From positions 6,480,001 through 6,512,000 of the forward strand of contig NZ_LN831039.1 of the NCBI RefSeq assembly GCF_001457595.1: 32,000 nucleotides of DNA. Direction: 5' to 3'. Under the pieces are notes generated by a model. The model was not told the DNA's origin. It searched no databases and saw only the letters and a list, made by a program, of their open reading frames with translations. Source of the DNA: Mycolicibacterium smegmatis (lineage in GTDB: Bacteria; Actinomycetota; Actinomycetes; Mycobacteriales; Mycobacteriaceae). Both the position numbers and the translations under genes were made by a program. Of this stretch, positions 28,506 through 32,000 are shown piece after piece. Positions within the stretch are counted from its first letter, which is position 1, and each line of letters begins with the position of its first letter.

Positions 28506-29825
28506 ATGAACGGTTTCACGCCCGCCGACGGTGACCGGGACCCGCGCATGCGGCGTCCAGGCACGCCTCGGCCGTCGGGGGAACCGTCACAGTTCATCCG
28601 CCGCGATCCCAACTACCGGCCTCCGCAACCGCCGCCCCGGCCGGCCCCGCCGCCACCTGCGCGTCGGGTTCCGCCACCACCGCCGCGTCAGGCGCCCCCG
28701 CCACCGCCGAGACGCCCGGCGGCACCGCCACCCGCACCGCCGCCGCCGGGCCAGTCATCGAGGCCGCCTCGCCAGTTCCCCCCGCCGCCCACCAGACGCA
28801 AGACGTCTACGCCCACAGCGGCCGCGCAGTCCGCGCCACCCGCGCCGACCGTGCGCAAGCCGCGCCGCAGGCGTCGCTGGGGCCGTATCGTGTTGGCGCT
28901 GTTGATGATCGCGGTGCTCGCCGGGGCGGGCGCGATGATCTGGGTCGACACGTCACTGCAACGCATACCCGCACTGGCCGGCTACCCGGAGCGTCCCGCC
29001 GCCGGGCGCGGCACCACGTGGCTGCTCGTGGGATCGGACAGCCGCGAGGGCCTCACGCCGGAACAGCAGGCCTCGCTGACCACCGGCGGCGACCTGGGAA
29101 CCGGCCGCACCGACACGATCCTCTTGGTGCACATCCCCGCCCTCGGGTCGAGCACCCCGGCGACCATGGTCTCGATCCCGCGCGACTCCTACGTCGAGAT
29201 CCCCGGTTACGGCGAGGACAAGATCAACGCGGCGTTCGCGCTCGGCGGGGCGCCGCTGCTGGCGCAGACCGTCGAGTCGGCGACCGGGCTGCGCCTCGAC
29301 CACTACGCCGAGATCGGCTTCGGCGGATTCGCGTCGCTGGTCGACGCCGTGGGCGGGGTGACGGTGTGCCCGGCGGAACCGATCAGCGATCCGCTCGCGG
29401 GCATCGATTTGCCCGCCGGATGTCAGGAACTCGACGGACGCACCGCACTCGGCTTCGTGCGCACACGTGCGACGGCCCGGGCCGATCTGGACCGCATGAT
29501 CCATCAGCGGGAGTTCATGTCGGGGCTGCTGCACCGCGCGGCCAGCCCCGCGGTGTGGCTCAACCCCCTGCGCTGGAGTCCGATGATGCGTGCCGCGACG
29601 GGCACGCTCGCGGTCGACGAGGACGCGCACGTGTGGAATCTCGCCCGGCTGGCATGGTCGCTGCGGGGCGATCCGGTCACGATGACCGTGCCCATCGGCG
29701 AGTTCGGTTCCAACGGTTCGGGTGACGTGGTGATGTGGGACAGCGACGCCGCGCCGCGGTTGTTCGAGGCGCTGCGGACCGACGCGCCGGTGCCGCCTGA
29801 CGTCCTGGAAAATGCCGTCAATTGA
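28506..29825 (+). CDS. LytR-CpsA-Psr (LCP) family cell-wall glycopolymer ligase with a Pro-rich cytoplasmic N-terminus
   Basis: Starts at ATG 28506 (MNGFTPADGDRDPRMRRPG). A ~95-aa Pro/Arg-rich region precedes the TM segment WGRIVLALLMIAVLAGAGAMIWV. LCP motifs are TWLLVGSDSREG, GRTDTILLVHIP, VSIPRDSYVEIPGYGEDKINAAFALGG and RTRATARADLDRMIHQREF. The track ORF (start 27951) reads through the CPBP gene in another frame. Confidence 0.8.
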   Translation: MNGFTPADGDRDPRMRRPGTPRPSGEPSQFIRRDPNYRPPQPPPRPAPPPPARRVPPPPPRQAPPPPPRRPAAPPPAPPPPGQSSRPPRQFPPPPTRRKTSTPTAAAQSAPPAPTVRKPRRRRRWGRIVLALLMIAVLAGAGAMIWVDTSLQRIPALAGYPERPAAGRGTTWLLVGSDSREGLTPEQQASLTTGGDLGTGRTDTILLVHIPALGSSTPATMVSIPRDSYVEIPGYGEDKINAAFALGGAPLLAQTVESATGLRLDHYAEIGFGGFASLVDAVGGVTVCPAEPISDPLAGIDLPAGCQELDGRTALGFVRTRATARADLDRMIHQREFMSGLLHRAASPAVWLNPLRWSPMMRAATGTLAVDEDAHVWNLARLAWSLRGDPVTMTVPIGEFGSNGSGDVVMWDSDAAPRLFEALRTDAPVPPDVLENAVN

Positions 29826-29827
29826 GT

Positions 29828-29846
29828 TTAGGCAAGGCTACATTTC
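29828..29846 (+). promoter_or_regulatory. Weaker IdeR-like box TTAGGCAAGGCTACATTTC
   Basis: Matches 14 of 19 positions of TWAGGTWAGSCTWACCTWA. The left half is good and the right half degenerate. Confidence 0.35.
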
Positions 29847-29892
29847 CTCGACAGCAAACATCGTTGAAGTTCTTCACCACGCGAATCAAGAC

Positions 29893-29911
29893 TTAGGTAA
29901 CGCTGACCTCA
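29893..29911 (+). promoter_or_regulatory. IdeR iron box TTAGGTAACGCTGACCTCA upstream of bfrB
   Basis: Matches 16 of 19 consensus positions, 54 nt upstream of ATG 29965. bfrB is a known IdeR-activated gene with upstream iron boxes in M. tuberculosis. Confidence 0.6.
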
Positions 29912-29951
29912 ATGAGGGTCACCTTCACCGACAATGCCGTTTGACCTGGTC

Positions 29952-29957
29952 TATCAT
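29952..29957 (+). promoter_or_regulatory. Candidate -10 (TATCAT) 7 nt upstream of the bfrB ATG, suggesting a leaderless or near-leaderless mRNA
   Basis: The sequence reads TATCATcaagatcATG with no SD. Inference only. Confidence 0.35.
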
Positions 29958-29964
29958 CAAGATC

Positions 29965-30510
29965 ATGACGAACAGCGGCGCTCTCGACACGAAATTCCAC
30001 GCCCTCATCCAGGATCAAATTCGCAGCGAATTCACGGCTTCCCAGCAATACATCGCGATCGCCGTGTTCTTCGATGGCGCCGACCTGCCGCAGCTCGCCA
30101 AGCACTTCTACGCCCAGGCGCTCGAGGAGCGCAATCACGCGATGATGCTCGTGCAGTACCTGCTCGACCGCGACGTCGAGGTGGAGATCCCCGGCATCGA
30201 CCCGGTGTGCAACAACTTCACCACGCCCCGCGACGCGCTCGCCCTCGCGCTCGACCAGGAGCGCACCGTCACCGAGCAGATCAGCCGGCTCGCGAGCGTG
30301 GCCCGCGACGAGGGTGATCACCTCGGCGAGCAGTTCATGCAGTGGTTCCTCAAGGAGCAGGTCGAGGAGGTCGCGGCGATGACGACGCTCGTGCGGATCG
30401 CCGACCGCGCCGGATCCAACCTGTTCCACATCGAGGACTTCGTCGCCCGTGAGATGTCGGCCGCGGGTGCGGATCCGACGGCACCGCGCGCTGCAGGCGG
30501 GGCCCTCTAG
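29965..30510 (+). CDS. bfrB: Ferritin BfrB (Rv3841 homolog)
   Basis: 181 aa from ATG 29965: MTNSGALDTKFHALIQDQIRSEFTASQQYIAIAVFF...ALEERNHAMMLVQYLLDRD (ferroxidase Glu/His ligands). The 51 extra codons in the track ORF lie in an AT-rich non-coding region. Confidence 0.9.
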   Translation: MTNSGALDTKFHALIQDQIRSEFTASQQYIAIAVFFDGADLPQLAKHFYAQALEERNHAMMLVQYLLDRDVEVEIPGIDPVCNNFTTPRDALALALDQERTVTEQISRLASVARDEGDHLGEQFMQWFLKEQVEEVAAMTTLVRIADRAGSNLFHIEDFVAREMSAAGADPTAPRAAGGAL

Positions 30511-30523
30511 AGTTCTCGACGCG

Positions 30524-31369
30524 TCAGTCCCGGCCCGCGCCGGTGAGGCCGTTCTGCAGCCAATCCTTGGTGCGGCCGGGATGATTCGTCGCGATCCACG
30601 CGACACCGACGTCCCGGCAGAACCGGACGTCCTCGTAGTGGTCGACGGTCCAGCAGTACAGCGCGCGCCCCTGCGCGGCGGCCCGGTCCACCAGTTCCGG
30701 ATGCTCCCGCAGCGTCGCGATGGACGGGCCCACCGCGGTGGCTCCCACCGTGGTCGCGGCACTGCCGCCCAGGTATCGAGACGTCTCGCCCAGTAGCACC
30801 GTCGGCAGCATCGGCGCGGCGCGGCGGATTCGCCACACCGCGGCCGCGGAGAACGACATCACCACCGCGCGCGCCATGTCGGCCGACGCCGGCGCGGCAA
30901 TGCCGTAGCGGTGCAGCAGCGCAAGGAGTTTGTTCTCCACCAGCGCGCCGTAGCGCACAGGGTGTTTGGTCTCGATGAAAAGCTTGACCGGACGGTTCCA
31001 GTCCAGTGCCATCCGGACGAGTTCGTCGAGCGTCAGTACACCGGTGTCGTCCCCGGAACTGTCGGGGCGCCAACTCGGGTGCCACGAACCGAAATTCATC
31101 TTTCGCAACTCCGCGAGCGTCATCTCGCTCACCAGACCCGTACCCGTCGACGTGCGGTCCACCTTGCGGTCGTGCACGCACACCAGGTGCCCGTCACGCG
31201 TCAACCGAACGTCGCATTCGAGCCCGTCGGCGCCCTCCTGCAAAGCCAGGTCGTAGGCGGCGAGGGTGTGCTCGGGGCGGTCGGCGGAGGCACCTCGATG
31301 CGCGACCACGAACGGATGCGTCGGGCCCGTTGGCGCCTGCCCGTCGGCTCCGGCGTCGGCCTCAGTCAT
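30524..31369 (-). CDS. glpQ1: Glycerophosphodiester phosphodiesterase (Rv3842c homolog)
   Basis: Starts at ATG 31369 (MTEADAGADGQAPTGPTHPFVVAHRGASADRPEHTLAAYDLALQEGADGLECDVRLTRDGHLVCVHD; GDPD domain), giving 281 aa. The track ORF extends 76 codons into the upstream gene. Confidence 0.85.
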   Translation of the reverse strand: MTEADAGADGQAPTGPTHPFVVAHRGASADRPEHTLAAYDLALQEGADGLECDVRLTRDGHLVCVHDRKVDRTSTGTGLVSEMTLAELRKMNFGSWHPSWRPDSSGDDTGVLTLDELVRMALDWNRPVKLFIETKHPVRYGALVENKLLALLHRYGIAAPASADMARAVVMSFSAAAVWRIRRAAPMLPTVLLGETSRYLGGSAATTVGATAVGPSIATLREHPELVDRAAAQGRALYCWTVDHYEDVRFCRDVGVAWIATNHPGRTKDWLQNGLTGAGRD

Positions 31370-31373
31370 GAGG

Positions 31374-32000
31374 CTATGCTGCCGGGTTCTGCCCGGCGGG
31401 CTCAACCGGAACGGACGATTCCGGCCGTTGTGGCTGTTCGTCGGCCGGTTCCGTGTCGCCCTCCGCGGGCGTGTCAGCGGTGTCGCTGGACTCGTCGGCC
31501 TTCTCGGTGGAACGTCCTGCGGGGCCGGAGCCGTGGGGTCCGCCGGGGCCCGCAGGAGGTTTCGCACCCTCGGCCACGACCACCCAGCGCCGCACACTGC
31601 GGCCCTGCGCCTCGGTGGCCTCGAAGCCCTGGAACACCCGGTAGGTCAGGAGCAGTGTCGTGAGCCCCAGCAGGTAGCCGATGATCACGGTCACGGTGTT
31701 GTCGGCGATGTTCTGCGGGGTGTTGTTGAAGAACGTGACGTACACGGTGCTGACGATCGACCACGTGGCCACGATGGCGCTGAGGACCCACACGATCCAC
31801 CACACCACGATGGGCCGGCGCAACAGCGTCATGCGGTTGTCCGCCCGCGCGAGCTCCAGCACGAACACCGGCGCCATGAACAAGTTGACCACCGGCGCCA
31901 GGGCGCAGATCCACAACTCCAGCGGGGAGCGTGGATCTTCCTGTCCGCGTTGCGAATACGCCTCGCGCCGCCGGGCGACCAGCCACGAGATCAGCATCAC
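31374..32000 (-). CDS. Integral membrane protein (DUF4328-like, Rv3843c position), C-terminal part; the 5' end lies beyond the right window edge
   Basis: The ORF is open to the window end. Hydrophobic segments are LELWICALAPVVNLFMAPVFVLEL, IVVWWIVWVLSAIVATWSIV and VTVIIGYLLGLTTLLL, followed by an acidic/Pro-rich tail. The stop (TAG 31374-31376) lies 4 nt before the glpQ start. Confidence 0.65.
   Translation of the reverse strand: MMLISWLVARRREAYSQRGQEDPRSPLELWICALAPVVNLFMAPVFVLELARADNRMTLLRRPIVVWWIVWVLSAIVATWSIVSTVYVTFFNNTPQNIADNTVTVIIGYLLGLTTLLLTYRVFQGFEATEAQGRSVRRWVVVAEGAKPPAGPGGPHGSGPAGRSTEKADESSDTADTPAEGDTEPADEQPQRPESSVPVEPAGQNPAA

Noticed and set aside
29912-29930. Possible third IdeR box adjacent to the good bfrB box
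   Set aside because: Only about 10 of 19 consensus matches, which is indistinguishable from background.

Overview
High-GC (about 67-68%) actinobacterial chromosome. Gene content and order match the conserved mycobacterial cell-envelope locus corresponding to M. tuberculosis Rv3801c-Rv3843c. The protein sequences look like a fast grower (Mycolicibacterium smegmatis-like), and the PE_PGRS and papA2/pks2/mmpL8 insertions of M. tuberculosis are absent. Left to right: fadD32 (5' part, minus strand), the Rv3802c-like cutinase-fold esterase, a DUF732-type lipoprotein, and three tandem antigen-85 family genes. Next is the arabinogalactan block aftB-ubiA(DPPR synthase)-PAP2 phosphatase-glfT2-glf, all on the minus strand and partly translationally coupled. 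Then come divergent erp/pirG and an Rv3811-like amidase, followed by a HAD hydrolase plus two PlsC-type acyltransferases. A metallo-beta-lactamase/Rieske fusion gene with a coupled small ORF follows, then an unknown protein coupled to serS. The next operon encodes a septum-formation-domain membrane protein, a minimal HExxH metallopeptidase and a Cys-rich mini-protein. After that come a histidine phosphatase coupled to pheA, a DUF2470 / CPBP protease / LCP ligase string preceded by a strong IdeR iron box, and ferritin bfrB with iron boxes. The window ends with glpQ and a truncated membrane protein. I see no tRNA/rRNA genes, CRISPR arrays, transposases, integrases or phage/defence islands, so this is core genome, not an accessory island. 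Most long ORFs in the six-frame track are antisense or out-of-frame shadows typical of high-GC DNA, and several real genes start well inside the longest ORF. I placed those starts by homology, by third-position GC, and by 4-nt ATGA/GTGA overlaps with the upstream stop. The items most worth follow-up are uncharacterised conserved modules and candidate cis-elements rather than an obviously new system: the MBL-Rieske fusion, the serS-coupled unknown, the Cys-rich mini-protein operon, the iron-box-controlled DUF2470-CPBP-LCP string, MtrA-like GTCACA repeats, and a shared motif upstream of two fbp paralogs. All homology statements come from my reading of the translated sequences and recollection of the families; no searches were run.
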